Notes: generated by a model not told the origin, from the sequence alone. DNA of 64,000 bases from an uncultured Alphaproteobacteria bacterium (GCA_905233975.1 CAJOGD010000005.1:10362-74361), one strand, 5' to 3'; shown: positions 9,149 through 20,811, counted from the stretch's first letter. Program-made: numbers and translations.

Positions 9149-12100
9149 ATGAAGAAAATCGCTAGATTCCTTGGTTTTCTGGGCTTTTTTGGCGCGGCGC
9201 TTGGTGGTGTATTATTGTCGGACGCACATGCGGCCACCCCTTGTAACGCCGGCTACTACGGTATGGGTCCTGGTACTACCGAAGGTTGCACCGCTTGTCC
9301 AAGTCCCTATACCAACAGTGCATCTGGCTATAACAGGTACGAGGCGATGTGTTATGAGTCATGCGGCACAACGTGCGAAGATGTGTCAAACAAGTATGCC
9401 ACAACAACCGCCTATGGTTTGCCGACGGGATATACGGTTAATACGTCCCTGGGGACCAGCACACAGGTTTTATTTCAATCACTTGATGGCCTTGTTTCAT
9501 GCAGCAACCTCGACGGGATGTGTCCTTTGATTGTCACGTGCGATTCTTCATCCTCTAGTGATGCATGTAAAATAAGTTGGAAAAGCGTCGAATTTCTTGA
9601 TCTTAATGGTGAGATAATCGGGAAACCGCTCTATATTGCCTTTGGCCACTTTTGGAGTTCACAGAAAGTTCAAGGTGGATACGATACAGGAACCGGAACA
9701 AATATTTCATATTCCGCATTTTATCCGGTGTTTGATACGCCAACGGCACCAACCGTTGCGAACCGGCCTTTCTTGGGATATTCCAGGGAATCAAGTTATT
9801 ATGACGGAACGATTCCGGCCGAACCTTTATATAATCATGGTAAGTTGACCTCCGCAAACGCCTTGGCAACCGTTGATGGCGTAAGTGGCGAGCAGCCAGT
9901 GAGACTTTATGCGTTCTATGAATGTGAACCGGGGTATGAATGGAATATTAATGATAGCGAATGCCAACCAAAACACTATAAGACAGTACAGTATGATTGT
10001 AATGATAATGGCCATCATATCATACTAGATTATGATGGTGCGACGTTTGGCGAACGGTATGTTGTCCAAAACAACAATGTTGATATAACCGCTTGTACTC
10101 CGCATGTCCAGGGGACACAGATTGTAAAGTGGCAGATCACAAATAACAATGGCGGAACCGATGAACATCTTCCGGGGGCCCAGATTGAATGGGCTTACAC
10201 CCCCGCAGGGACCCCTACTTTCTATGCGGTATGGGGACAGACAACCTATAACATTACATATCACCCAAACGGTGGCACAGGGGATTCGGGCAATCATCCG
10301 GCAACGTATGATGCTACCGATTTGCCGCTTTCGATTACCTGGGTGCCGGAACGTGCCCACAGTGTTTTTGAAGGCTGGTGCAAGCGTGAGAATTTAACAG
10401 AATGTAGTGCGATACCATACGAAATACCAAGCGGAACGACGGGTGATATTAACCTGTATGCAAAATGGAGTTGCGACCCCGGATATATGCTGAGTGGTAA
10501 TTCATGTGTAGAGAGTAACGAATTGCCCGTAAGATATGAATGTGGCGACGGCGCCACCGGCGGGCCCGCAACCGATACGGCAACATACCATGACAGTTAT
10601 ACGGTCAGGGATGTTGATTATGCACTCTGTTCCAAAACGGGCTATACATTTAGTGGTTGGGCCTTTTCAGGCGGTGGTTTATATTACGGAGGGAATGTCA
10701 TCGATTCATGGATTTATACAACCGAACAAACATTCACCGCAAAATGGACGGCAAATGAATATCGCATAGACTATAAAAATATGGCACATTCCGCGCCGGT
10801 AAGTGGTATGCCGGATTCATACGAATACGGTGTGGGGGCTACAATAAACGGCACGCCAAGTCTTGCCAACGGGAGTTTTGAGGAATGGTGTCGCGACGCG
10901 ACTTTGGCGGACTGTGCCTTGCCACTGACCATCGCAACGGACGAAACCGGCGACAAGGTATTATGGGCAAAATGGAAATGTGCTACGGGATTCACACTTA
11001 GCAACGACAAGGATTCTTGCGAAGCGGACACATACACAGTGACGTATCAGTGCGGCGCACATGGCACCGGCGCCAATGTCACCGATACCGCAACATATCA
11101 TGCGAACTATGTTGTGCAGAATAGTAATGTAAATATCACCTGTACACCAGACAGCGGATACGAATTTACAGGTTGGAAATTTAGTGGTGATAATCGTGAC
11201 TATGTCCAAAATGACGAGATTTATTGGGAATACGCAAATAACAGCGAAACTCTGACGGCACAGTGGGATACAGCGACATATACCATTCAATATGAAAACA
11301 TGACCAATGCGACCGCTGCGCAGACCGGCATGCCGTCGAATTATACATACGGGGTTGGTGCAACAATTGACGGTGTTCCGACACGTGCAAACAGTGAATT
11401 TGCGGGTTGGTGCACAGATGAAACTTTGGAAAACTGTGCGATGACGCAAACCATTGGCACAACGGCAACAGGGGATAAAACATTCTGGGCAAACTGGGAA
11501 TGTTTGCCACCGTATCATTCGAATGCAAATGGCACCGCGTGCGTGGCCTGTGAGGCCGGGTATTATTGGAATGGCACCGATTGTACCACCGCCTGTCCAC
11601 CCGAATATCCATACAGTCGCAGCCCATATAACTGGAGTATCGATCAATGCTATAACTATTGCGACACCGCGACATGCGAAAGCTATAATGTGTCCGGTTT
11701 CCCAAATGGTTATACGGCAGAACCTATTGATTCTTCTTCAAAGCAGATTACATTCTATGGTAATGCCAGGAATGGTATAGATGCGTGCGATGGAACGGTC
11801 AAGTATTGCGCGTATGGGTTTGCTTCAACCCCGGGGGCATTACCATCGACATTGTATAAACCAATGACGGTGCCGGTTGACTTCTATGGTCATATGCCAC
11901 AAGAAAACCTTGGGACGTTGTATATATTTGGTAGTCGTGCCGGCGGTAGCAGCATAGATATTAACACCGGCGATGTATGGAGTCAGATTGTCGGCCCCGG
12001 TCAGCAGACACAGGTAATAAACAACACACAAACCGGCCTTACATATCAATACACGCCTATATTCTATCCCGCGGATATGGCGCCTAATGCCGATGTGACG

Positions 12101-15100
12101 GGATATACGTTCGATGGATACTATTATCCAGAAAACGGCAGCACCCAATATGTAGGCAGCGACTATGTATTGAATGCGACGAACGCCCTGGCTGTTATTA
12201 ATAGTGGCCAAACCGGCGGATACAATATCCCGCGCAAACTGTATGCGACGATGAATCATGGTTATAGCCTTGGCTGTTATAAAGTGAGTTTCAATAACAG
12301 TTGGCATGGTGGAACGCCGACAACCAGTACGTTAAGTTTCTATAAAAAGGGAACCAGTTGGTATGCGGGTACAGATTCAAATTGTACGGGCACACCAATC
12401 GCAAATCCAAGCGTGGCGAATGAATTACCAACCAAAACCAACGCAACGTTTACCGGGTATTATGATGAGTCTGGACCAGATTTGATGATTTTTGATGCAA
12501 ATGGTGCGGCAACCACGTACGCAAATATTTGGACGATTACAAGTGACACAACATTGTATGCGCAATATACATGCGACGCGAATGCACATCAAACATCGAA
12601 TGACGCATGTGTTGTGTGTACCGCGCCGACCGCATGTTGGGATAACAATACCGAACAATGCGTTGCATGTGCAGTAGTTGATCACACAATAACATTGGAC
12701 AAGAATGTTGGTGGTTTGCAAGGTGATGACAGCAGCCCGTCGATATTGTACACTGTGGAAGGTCAAGGTGTTTATACGGACCTTGCAACCGAAAATCCAT
12801 TTACCGCATTAACAGCGGTGCCGACCAAGTATGCAATCGTTACATTTAATCATTGTGACGGCACAAATGGGGCGTGTGATTCGACGGCCAATACCGAAAC
12901 CAAAAATTCTGATTTCCCATTCGTAGGTTTTTATGACACAACCTCCGCCATCAATGTTATATCAAACAATGGTAATTTGACCAATGATGGTTATACCAAT
13001 GCCATTGGGTTGCATGGTGATGCGACGTGGTATGCACGTTGGGGAATACATGGAATGATTGCCCATTGGCCGCAAAACCCAACGCGTTCCGGTTATAACT
13101 TTGTTGCATGGAAAGATGAACCTAACTGTACGGGTAATACGATGACATCGACCAGTTATATAGATACAGATACGACGCTGTATGCATGTTGGACGATGAA
13201 TACATCTTATGAATGCCAGGTGTATTGCGATGCGACGTTAAGTACATGTCCTTATCAAAATGCAAGCTGCGAATATGATGAAACGCAATACCAATCGGGA
13301 CATAACAATGGTGTTTCTGGGGCGCCATGCCTTGACGACGATGGGCATGAAATCGTCGCGGTGGCATGTCCGATTAGTAATGTCAGTTGCACACAGGCCG
13401 GGTATATCTGGGTATCAACAGACGAACAGTGCGAACAGTGCACATGCACACTGGGAACGGGCGTAGATACATGCACACCGTCTTCGGTTGGTAATCAGTG
13501 CACCGCGACGGGTTCGTGCGCCACCGGATACGTGAACTTTACACCGAATTGTTCCGGGACAACATGCGAACCTTACTGTGGTGCGAATACATTTACGGTA
13601 AATTACGAATGCGGAACACATGGTGCCGCGGCATCGGGCTATGACATGTATAACACCGCGACGTATGGTGCCGGGTACAAGGTCGCACATCAGTCATACA
13701 CCAGTTCCAATGTGATTGCACTGTGTAATCCGAACACCGGTTATGTGCTTGCGAATCCGACATGGAAATTAGAAGGCACATCTTACACCGGCAATACGGG
13801 TGATGTGATTGCGTCGTGGCAATATAGCATGAGTGCGCCAAAATTCATCGCACAGTATGATTGCGATACGGCGAATTTCTGGTTCCATAATTCATCAAGT
13901 GACACGTGCGTTCTGTGTAATGGCGCAAATGAATATTGGAATTCCACAACCGAAAGTTGCGGCCAATGCGGCGCGGGAACGTATCCGAATGCCGCACACG
14001 ATGCATGTATCAACGAAGGTCAATATGAAATAACCCTTAACAAGAATGTTAATTCTGGGGCGGTGCATGGGGTTGACGGGCAAACAACACTTTACACAGT
14101 GCACAATACCGGCGTTTATCGCGACGCGGCAAGAACGGCCGAAATGACGACCGCCGGCAATCCTTTGACCGAAGGAAATTTACCAAAGAAATATGCAATT
14201 GTGACATTCAATCACTGTGATGTTGATAACGATATACTCTGCACCAATCCGGCAAACACCGAAGACGTTGTTAATGCCTACTTTGCGTTCAATGGTTTCT
14301 ATCAAGATACGACCACAGGTTCAAAGTACATAAACGAGTATGGGTATATTACCGACGGTGCAAATGGCGGTATGACCGTTGGTGCGGGCTATACAGACAA
14401 CAATCATGTATGGTATGCGCACTGGGCCGCCCAGGGTATATTGAACGGATTCCCGGCCAATCCAACACGTGCGGGATATACTTTTGTTGAATGGCGGACG
14501 TTACCGAACGGAATGGGAACCGTTGTACCAAATAATCAGACATACACTGTGACGGCGGATACAACATTGTATGCAAATTGGGCTGCGAATGCATACGATA
14601 TACATTATGTGTTGAATGGCGGTGAAAACTATCATGGCGCCCCAACAAGTTATTCATATGGCACAGGTGCACAAATCAATGGCACCCCGACCCGCGACAA
14701 CAGTCAATTCATCGGTTGGTGTGATGATGCGGCTTTGACACAAAATTGCGACAAGGTGCGCGTAATAAGCGGAACCGAAACAGGCGACAAGACGTTCTAT
14801 GCGAAATGGACCTGCGATTGTGGTTATTCGGCAACCCAAAATGGCCAGGGTTGTGTTGCGAATACCATTACCGTAAATTATCAAAGCGAATATGGGACGG
14901 TGCCTGCATCGGGGACATGCACGTATAATGATGTTAATGGATTCACATTGGCGTCTGCAATTGACGCCCAGGGCCACGACTTTAGTGGTTGGGCGATGAA
15001 TTATCAACGCTTTAATGCCGGCCAAACCGTTGCGTGTAATTACACGACATTTGGTGTGTGCAATGGTTCTGTGAACGCCAACGCAATTTGGGGCGAAGCA

Positions 15101-17806
15101 AACACGTACAGAATAGATTATATAATGAACGGTGGTGTAAACTATGACGGCGCGCCAACAAGTTATATGTATGGCATTGGTGCACAAATTAATGGGACCC
15201 CAACCCGCGCCAACAGCCAATTTGTGGCATGGTGTGATGATGCCAATTTAAAGGTGAATTGCGCAAGGAACAAAATCATGGACTCAAATGATTCCGGCAA
15301 CAAGGTATTCTATGCCAAATGGTCTTGTGATTGTGGTTATGCGCCGACGTCAAATGCAGAGGCGTGTGATGCGAATACCATTATCCTGAATTATAATAAT
15401 GGTGGTCATGGCAATGCGCAGTTACCGGCGGCATATTGTACTTATGGCAATAATTTCCAATTGTACAACGCAATTTCGGCCACTGGTTATGAATTCAGCG
15501 GTTGGTCGGTAAATAATGATACCATATCGGCGGGCGCAACAGTTGCCTGTGATAATCAAACCCTTGGTGTTTGTGATGGTTCTGTGGTGATTAGTGCCAC
15601 ATGGGGGACAAATACCATAACACTTGATTGGGACGAAAATCATGGGACAGAGATTCCGAATGGTTCTTGCCAATATGGTGATACACTGGCACTGGCGTCT
15701 GAATTACCAAATCGCACAGGTTATACGTTCAGTGGTTGGGAATTGGTTAATAGCATCGTAAAGGCCGCGGGAACAACGGTTAGTTCGGGTTGTACCGAAA
15801 CATACACCGGCGTCACAAGCGGAACAAGCCATGGAATCAGGGCTGTATGGTGCCACAATTGTATCCAACCGGCGGTGCAAAATGTATGTTCGTTGAATAC
15901 AGAAGGTCCGGGCGATTGTGTGTATACCTATACTGAATGTCCCCAAGGATATACGCTGTATATCCCACAGGAAGCGCCTTGGAACCCGAGTTGTGTTCAA
16001 AATCAATACACCATTACGTATTCCGCCAATGGTGGTACAGGTGCGGACCAAACACAAAATGTGTTCTTTGGATCCACGTTCGTGACAAGACCGCGGTCGA
16101 TATTCACTAATTCTGGATATATGTTGACGAAGTGGCGCATTGCAGATGCAACGGCCACGTATGACCCGGATACAAGTTATACTTATGACATCAACGGCAA
16201 CACAACGTTAGAGGCGACATGGGAAAGATGCACCTGTTCGTATGCGGGCAACAGCGGTGTCCAAGCCTGTGATCCTTATTCAACGGCAAATAGTACATGT
16301 GGCGGAACGGCAACATGTTTGGCACACTTTGTAAATCCGACTGTCACATGTGCCAATGACGGACCGGCGTGTACGGCGACATGTACAGAATGTGGTGCGG
16401 GTTATATATCGGTAAATGATAACTGTGACCCATGCGACCCGGGACATTATCAATCGGGCAACGAATGTCCACAATGTTCGGGCAATACAATTGCGCCGAA
16501 TCCGGGTGCGACATCTTGCGTGGAATGTCCGGAATATACATTGGCAAATGCGGAACACACACAATGTTTGTATTGTCCGACGGGTTCTATCTTGGTGAAC
16601 GGTGTTTGTGAACAGTGTACGGCGGGACATTATCAATCCGGTAATGATTGCCCAATATGCCCGGGCAACACGATTGCCGCGAATCCGGGTGCGGCATCTT
16701 GTACGGAATGTCCGGAATATACATTGGCAAATGCGGAACACACACAATGTTTGTATTGCCCGACGGGTTCTATCTTGGTGAACGGTGTTTGTGAACAATG
16801 TGCGGCGGGGCATTATCAATCCGGTAATGATTGCCCAATATGCCCGGGCAACACGATTGCCACGAATCCGGGTGCGACATCTTGTACGGAATGTCCGGAA
16901 TATACATTGGCAAATGCGGAACACACACAATGTTTGTATTGTCCGACGGGTTCTATCTTGGCGAACGGTGTTTGTGAACAATGTACGGCGGGACATTATC
17001 AATCCGGTAATGATTGCCCAATATGCCCGGGCAACACGATTGCCGCGAATCCGGGGGCGGCATCTTGTACGGAATGTCCGGAATATACCGTTGCGAATCA
17101 AGATCATACCGCATGCGCGTCATGTCCGGCGGGTTCTATCTTGGTGAACGGTGTTTGTGAACAGTGTGCGGCCGGTACATATCAATCGGGCAATAGTTGT
17201 GTCCAATGTCCCGCGGGTAAAACATCATATGCTGGCGCAACATCGATAAATGATTGCTTTATTGATCCGGGCACATGTGCCCCAGACGAACACGTCGAAC
17301 AAGGCGAATGTGTTAGCAACACCAAGGAATGCACTGTGCCGCATGCAACGTCCGCAAAACGCGAATGGAATGCATCGATTGGAACATATGGCCCATGCGT
17401 TGTTGAAACCTGTGACGAAGCCAATGGTTATCGTGTGTCGGGCAATGCATGCGTAAAAGATTCCTGTGTTGTGGAACATGGTAGCGCCGAAACAGAATGG
17501 AACGTTGCCGACAATCGGTGGGAATGCATTGTCACGAAATGTGATCCGGGCTATGAAAGAAGCGCCGATGACAAATCTTGTGTTGAATGCTATAACCGTC
17601 GCGTTGATGGCGAAATCGCGGTCAGCAGTTATGTATCCGAATGCGAAATTGCCGCATGTATGTACCAAGGTCAAAAGTACACTTTGGACGGTAATGAATG
17701 TCGCCTTATCTGTGAAGAAAAGACCGATGAAACCGGGTCAATGATTTGGGATAATATAAGGAAGCAATGCGTCCGGACATGCAACAAGGGTTATAAGATG
17801 TGGTAG
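9149..17806 (+). CDS. Giant secreted Cys-rich surface protein with InlB B-repeat (Flg_new)-like and ephrin-receptor/TNFR-like repeats
   Basis: 2885 aa, signal peptide ending AHA, many Y.I.Y..NGG / PTR.GY.F.GW / T.YA.W units, CxxC repeats. Confidence 0.88.
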   Translation: MKKIARFLGFLGFFGAALGGVLLSDAHAATPCNAGYYGMGPGTTEGCTACPSPYTNSASGYNRYEAMCYESCGTTCEDVSNKYATTTAYGLPTGYTVNTSLGTSTQVLFQSLDGLVSCSNLDGMCPLIVTCDSSSSSDACKISWKSVEFLDLNGEIIGKPLYIAFGHFWSSQKVQGGYDTGTGTNISYSAFYPVFDTPTAPTVANRPFLGYSRESSYYDGTIPAEPLYNHGKLTSANALATVDGVSGEQPVRLYAFYECEPGYEWNINDSECQPKHYKTVQYDCNDNGHHIILDYDGATFGERYVVQNNNVDITACTPHVQGTQIVKWQITNNNGGTDEHLPGAQIEWAYTPAGTPTFYAVWGQTTYNITYHPNGGTGDSGNHPATYDATDLPLSITWVPERAHSVFEGWCKRENLTECSAIPYEIPSGTTGDINLYAKWSCDPGYMLSGNSCVESNELPVRYECGDGATGGPATDTATYHDSYTVRDVDYALCSKTGYTFSGWAFSGGGLYYGGNVIDSWIYTTEQTFTAKWTANEYRIDYKNMAHSAPVSGMPDSYEYGVGATINGTPSLANGSFEEWCRDATLADCALPLTIATDETGDKVLWAKWKCATGFTLSNDKDSCEADTYTVTYQCGAHGTGANVTDTATYHANYVVQNSNVNITCTPDSGYEFTGWKFSGDNRDYVQNDEIYWEYANNSETLTAQWDTATYTIQYENMTNATAAQTGMPSNYTYGVGATIDGVPTRANSEFAGWCTDETLENCAMTQTIGTTATGDKTFWANWECLPPYHSNANGTACVACEAGYYWNGTDCTTACPPEYPYSRSPYNWSIDQCYNYCDTATCESYNVSGFPNGYTAEPIDSSSKQITFYGNARNGIDACDGTVKYCAYGFASTPGALPSTLYKPMTVPVDFYGHMPQENLGTLYIFGSRAGGSSIDINTGDVWSQIVGPGQQTQVINNTQTGLTYQYTPIFYPADMAPNADVTGYTFDGYYYPENGSTQYVGSDYVLNATNALAVINSGQTGGYNIPRKLYATMNHGYSLGCYKVSFNNSWHGGTPTTSTLSFYKKGTSWYAGTDSNCTGTPIANPSVANELPTKTNATFTGYYDESGPDLMIFDANGAATTYANIWTITSDTTLYAQYTCDANAHQTSNDACVVCTAPTACWDNNTEQCVACAVVDHTITLDKNVGGLQGDDSSPSILYTVEGQGVYTDLATENPFTALTAVPTKYAIVTFNHCDGTNGACDSTANTETKNSDFPFVGFYDTTSAINVISNNGNLTNDGYTNAIGLHGDATWYARWGIHGMIAHWPQNPTRSGYNFVAWKDEPNCTGNTMTSTSYIDTDTTLYACWTMNTSYECQVYCDATLSTCPYQNASCEYDETQYQSGHNNGVSGAPCLDDDGHEIVAVACPISNVSCTQAGYIWVSTDEQCEQCTCTLGTGVDTCTPSSVGNQCTATGSCATGYVNFTPNCSGTTCEPYCGANTFTVNYECGTHGAAASGYDMYNTATYGAGYKVAHQSYTSSNVIALCNPNTGYVLANPTWKLEGTSYTGNTGDVIASWQYSMSAPKFIAQYDCDTANFWFHNSSSDTCVLCNGANEYWNSTTESCGQCGAGTYPNAAHDACINEGQYEITLNKNVNSGAVHGVDGQTTLYTVHNTGVYRDAARTAEMTTAGNPLTEGNLPKKYAIVTFNHCDVDNDILCTNPANTEDVVNAYFAFNGFYQDTTTGSKYINEYGYITDGANGGMTVGAGYTDNNHVWYAHWAAQGILNGFPANPTRAGYTFVEWRTLPNGMGTVVPNNQTYTVTADTTLYANWAANAYDIHYVLNGGENYHGAPTSYSYGTGAQINGTPTRDNSQFIGWCDDAALTQNCDKVRVISGTETGDKTFYAKWTCDCGYSATQNGQGCVANTITVNYQSEYGTVPASGTCTYNDVNGFTLASAIDAQGHDFSGWAMNYQRFNAGQTVACNYTTFGVCNGSVNANAIWGEANTYRIDYIMNGGVNYDGAPTSYMYGIGAQINGTPTRANSQFVAWCDDANLKVNCARNKIMDSNDSGNKVFYAKWSCDCGYAPTSNAEACDANTIILNYNNGGHGNAQLPAAYCTYGNNFQLYNAISATGYEFSGWSVNNDTISAGATVACDNQTLGVCDGSVVISATWGTNTITLDWDENHGTEIPNGSCQYGDTLALASELPNRTGYTFSGWELVNSIVKAAGTTVSSGCTETYTGVTSGTSHGIRAVWCHNCIQPAVQNVCSLNTEGPGDCVYTYTECPQGYTLYIPQEAPWNPSCVQNQYTITYSANGGTGADQTQNVFFGSTFVTRPRSIFTNSGYMLTKWRIADATATYDPDTSYTYDINGNTTLEATWERCTCSYAGNSGVQACDPYSTANSTCGGTATCLAHFVNPTVTCANDGPACTATCTECGAGYISVNDNCDPCDPGHYQSGNECPQCSGNTIAPNPGATSCVECPEYTLANAEHTQCLYCPTGSILVNGVCEQCTAGHYQSGNDCPICPGNTIAANPGAASCTECPEYTLANAEHTQCLYCPTGSILVNGVCEQCAAGHYQSGNDCPICPGNTIATNPGATSCTECPEYTLANAEHTQCLYCPTGSILANGVCEQCTAGHYQSGNDCPICPGNTIAANPGAASCTECPEYTVANQDHTACASCPAGSILVNGVCEQCAAGTYQSGNSCVQCPAGKTSYAGATSINDCFIDPGTCAPDEHVEQGECVSNTKECTVPHATSAKREWNASIGTYGPCVVETCDEANGYRVSGNACVKDSCVVEHGSAETEWNVADNRWECIVTKCDPGYERSADDKSCVECYNRRVDGEIAVSSYVSECEIAACMYQGQKYTLDGNECRLICEEKTDETGSMIWDNIRKQCVRTCNKGYKMW
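16441..17172 (+). repeat. Four near-identical 183-bp (61-aa) coding tandem repeats
   Basis: Units start at 16441, 16624, 16807, 16990 (GHYQSGNDCPICPGNTIA...GVCEQC). Confidence 0.92.
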
Positions 17807-17818
17807 TGGGGATTTCAT

Positions 17819-18667
17819 ATGCGCAAGGAGAGAGAGAATTTAAAGCAGTCATGTATCGTGTCCAATGACGAAACCGGCGTGTTTGGACATGTTGGTGATT
17901 TTGCCGTTCGCGCATATAGAAACCTCTGTAAAAACTGCACCTTTGTTATAAATGTGTTTCGTGGGATTTATAATACGTGTCGTGGCCGGTCTTGTATGCG
18001 GCGGGTTGATTTATGGGTTGAAATAAATCGTGCCGGTCTGCGTGCGATTCCAATTGTATGTCTAATCAGTTTTATGGTTGGCGTAATTATCGCGTTCGTT
18101 GGCCATATGCAGTTAGAGTTGTTCGGTGCGGAAATATACGTTGCGGCGTTGGTCGCGATTTCTATGGTTCGAATAATCGGTGCGATTATGACGGGGATAA
18201 TTATGGCGGGACGTACGGGCGCGTCGTATGCCGCAGAAATCGGATCTATGCGTGCGAATGATGAAATAGACGCATTAAAAACAATGGGCATTTCGCCGAT
18301 GGAATTTTTGGTTTTGCCGCGCGTGTTTGCGTTGACTATTACTATGCCGATTTTAACGGTTATCGCCGATGTAGTTTCAATATTCGGCGGCATGTGCGTT
18401 GCCATGTTGATAATGAATATTTCTATATCTGAATATTGGCATACAACACTTGATTGGATAACATTTAATAACTTTGCGGTTGGTGTATTTCATGGATGGA
18501 TCTTTGGTTGGGTGATTGCGATAACGGGTTGCATTTGCGGTCTGCGGGCCCAGAAAAATGCGGCCGGGATTGGGCATGCGACCACACGTGCGGTTGTTAT
18601 GGGAATTATTGGTTGCGTTGCGGCAACGGCAATTTTAACAGTTATCTTTAATTGGTTGGACGTGTAA
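17819..18667 (+). CDS. mlaE: MlaE-family ABC permease
   Basis: AGRTGASYAAEIGSMRANDEIDALKTMGISP, VLPRV, IGHATTRAVV. Confidence 0.92.
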   Translation: MRKERENLKQSCIVSNDETGVFGHVGDFAVRAYRNLCKNCTFVINVFRGIYNTCRGRSCMRRVDLWVEINRAGLRAIPIVCLISFMVGVIIAFVGHMQLELFGAEIYVAALVAISMVRIIGAIMTGIIMAGRTGASYAAEIGSMRANDEIDALKTMGISPMEFLVLPRVFALTITMPILTVIADVVSIFGGMCVAMLIMNISISEYWHTTLDWITFNNFAVGVFHGWIFGWVIAITGCICGLRAQKNAAGIGHATTRAVVMGIIGCVAATAILTVIFNWLDV

Positions 18668-19431
18668 TGAGGAAGAACGCTGATTATTTCATCGATATTA
18701 AAAACCTGACGCTGGGGTATGGCGGTAACGTCATTGTGCGGGATTTAAATTTTACAATAAACCGTTCTGACATTTTTGTTATCATGGGGCTTTCGGGGTG
18801 CGGTAAAAGTACGATTATGCGTTCGATTGTTGGACTACATGAACCAATGGGGGGCGGTATCGTTGTCGATGGCAAAGATATTTGGTCTTTGCCCATGGAT
18901 GCGCGCACGAAAATAGTTGAAACGTTTGGTGTGTCGTATCAGAGTGGCGCATTGTTTTCGTCGATGACGCTTGGTGAAAATGTTGCCCTGCCCTTGGAAA
19001 TCAAGACAACTATGTCGCGACGCGAAATAGAAAAAAATGTCCATAAAAAACTTGAACTGGTCGGGCTTGGTGATTGCGCGGACATTTATCCATCGGACGC
19101 AAGTGGTGGCATGGTAAAACGTGCGGCACTTGCGCGGGCATTGGCGTTAAATCCGCGCGCACTGTTTTTTGACGAACCTTCTGCGGGGCTTGATCCGGTT
19201 CGATCAAAACAGTTGGACGATTTGATTGTTAAAATTAATAAAAACCTTGGCACGACAATTGTCATGGTGACGCATGAATTGGCATCGATTATGTCCATTG
19301 CAACAAATTCTGTATATATCGGCAATCAAACGGTCATCGGACGCGGTGCGCCAAAGGAAATTTTACAAACAACGAAAAATCCGGAAATTATTGAATTTTT
19401 AACACGTGGATCCAAAGGGGGCAAAAAATGA
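18667..19431 (+). CDS. mlaF: MlaF-family ABC ATPase
   Basis: GLSGCGKS, QSGALFSSMTLGENV, SGGMVKRAALARAL, FDEPSAGLDP, VTHE. Confidence 0.92.
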   Translation: MRKNADYFIDIKNLTLGYGGNVIVRDLNFTINRSDIFVIMGLSGCGKSTIMRSIVGLHEPMGGGIVVDGKDIWSLPMDARTKIVETFGVSYQSGALFSSMTLGENVALPLEIKTTMSRREIEKNVHKKLELVGLGDCADIYPSDASGGMVKRAALARALALNPRALFFDEPSAGLDPVRSKQLDDLIVKINKNLGTTIVMVTHELASIMSIATNSVYIGNQTVIGRGAPKEILQTTKNPEIIEFLTRGSKGGKK

Positions 19432-20204
19432 AACAACCATCGCGACGTGCAATTGGCGGTTTTGTAATTTTATTTTTCTTGGTTATTATCGGGACAATCG
19501 CGTTCTTTTTCGGGCGACATTTTGACCGAAACTATGTGACACCGGTGCTGTTTTTCGAAGGTTCGGTAAAGGGACTTACCGTCGGTGCGAATGTGTATTT
19601 TCGTGGTGTTCCGATTGGACGCGTGGATAAAATACAACTTATCCCGAATAACCAAGATAAAATTATTATTCCGGTTTATGTGCGCATCGATCCGCGAATG
19701 ACCGCACGTGGGGAAATGTCGCGTTCGGAAATGGAAACGTGGATAAATGATTTGGTTCACCATGGATTAAAAGGCAAGCTGCAAACGCAAAGTGTTTTAA
19801 CGGGACAAATGACGATTGAACTTGATTTCTATCCACGTTATCCATCGCATTTTATGGCGGAAAAATATGGTATCGAAGATATAGAAATTCCAACTGTGCC
19901 GTCGATGCTCCAAGAAATTTCACAGAATTTGGAGAAAATTCCAATATCTGATATATCCGAAAATGTGAACGCGGTATTGCAACAACTGCACGAAGATATG
20001 CCGGCACTGTTGCGTCAATCAACCGAAGCGGTCGTTAGTATCAACCGGCTTGCGGATTCTATTGCGGGGCCCGGCACAACGACGATGTCGGACTTTAACC
20101 AAATGATACGCGATGTCAGTGATGCGGCGCGCGCGGTATCACAACTTAGCGATTATCTTGAACGCCACCCCGAGGCACTTTTGAAAGGAAAAGGAGGATA
20201 TTAA
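19428..20204 (+). CDS. mlaD: MlaD/MCE family protein
   Basis: N-terminal TM, FEGSVKGLTVGANVYFRGVPIGRV, YLERHPEALLKGK. Confidence 0.9.
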   Translation: MKQPSRRAIGGFVILFFLVIIGTIAFFFGRHFDRNYVTPVLFFEGSVKGLTVGANVYFRGVPIGRVDKIQLIPNNQDKIIIPVYVRIDPRMTARGEMSRSEMETWINDLVHHGLKGKLQTQSVLTGQMTIELDFYPRYPSHFMAEKYGIEDIEIPTVPSMLQEISQNLEKIPISDISENVNAVLQQLHEDMPALLRQSTEAVVSINRLADSIAGPGTTTMSDFNQMIRDVSDAARAVSQLSDYLERHPEALLKGKGGY

Positions 20205-20205
20205 A

Positions 20206-20811
20206 ATGAAAAAATATATTTGTTTATTAATCGCAACTTTTTCACTTTGCGCATGCGCGTTTTGGCGCACGACCGAACCATCGCGTTTCTATAGCCTGGG
20301 CACGCCAGAGGTTTCTCAGGTTCGTGGTCCCGCAACGCTTGTGGCGGTGGCGGTTGAAAATGTGACGGTTCCAAAATCCATAGACAAACCGCAAATGGTT
20401 ATAAAGTATAAAAATTCAAATATGATGATGGTGTCTGAATTCGACCGCTGGATTGATGTTCCAACAAATGCGTTGCCGGTTATTATATCGGAAAACATGA
20501 ATCAATACGCGAAAAACATCAGTGCAAAGCCCGCGAAAAATTCCACAGATACGCGTAATTCGAAATACATTTTGTCGGTTGATTTTGTCCGGTTTGAAAC
20601 AGAAATGGACGGCAAGATTACAATATCCGCATGGTGGACAATCACAAATAATCGTGGCGATATAATCGCAAGGAAGAAATTAACCCAAACCGCGGACACA
20701 CCGGCATTGCGGGCAACGTATCCGGACTATGACGCAATAGTTGCGGCACAGAGCAAATTGATTGCAAAAATGTCCTATATCATCGCCGACGTAATAAGTG
20801 ATTTAAAGTGA
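20206..20811 (+). CDS. PqiC-like auxiliary lipoprotein
   Basis: Lipobox LCAC, SRFYSL, IDKPQMV, EFDRW; last gene of the MCE operon. Confidence 0.82.
   Translation: MKKYICLLIATFSLCACAFWRTTEPSRFYSLGTPEVSQVRGPATLVAVAVENVTVPKSIDKPQMVIKYKNSNMMMVSEFDRWIDVPTNALPVIISENMNQYAKNISAKPAKNSTDTRNSKYILSVDFVRFETEMDGKITISAWWTITNNRGDIIARKKLTQTADTPALRATYPDYDAIVAAQSKLIAKMSYIIADVISDLK

Noticed and set aside
16441..17172. Regularly spaced repeats as a CRISPR array
   Set aside because: The units are contiguous, in-frame 183-bp coding repeats with no unique spacers, and there are no cas genes
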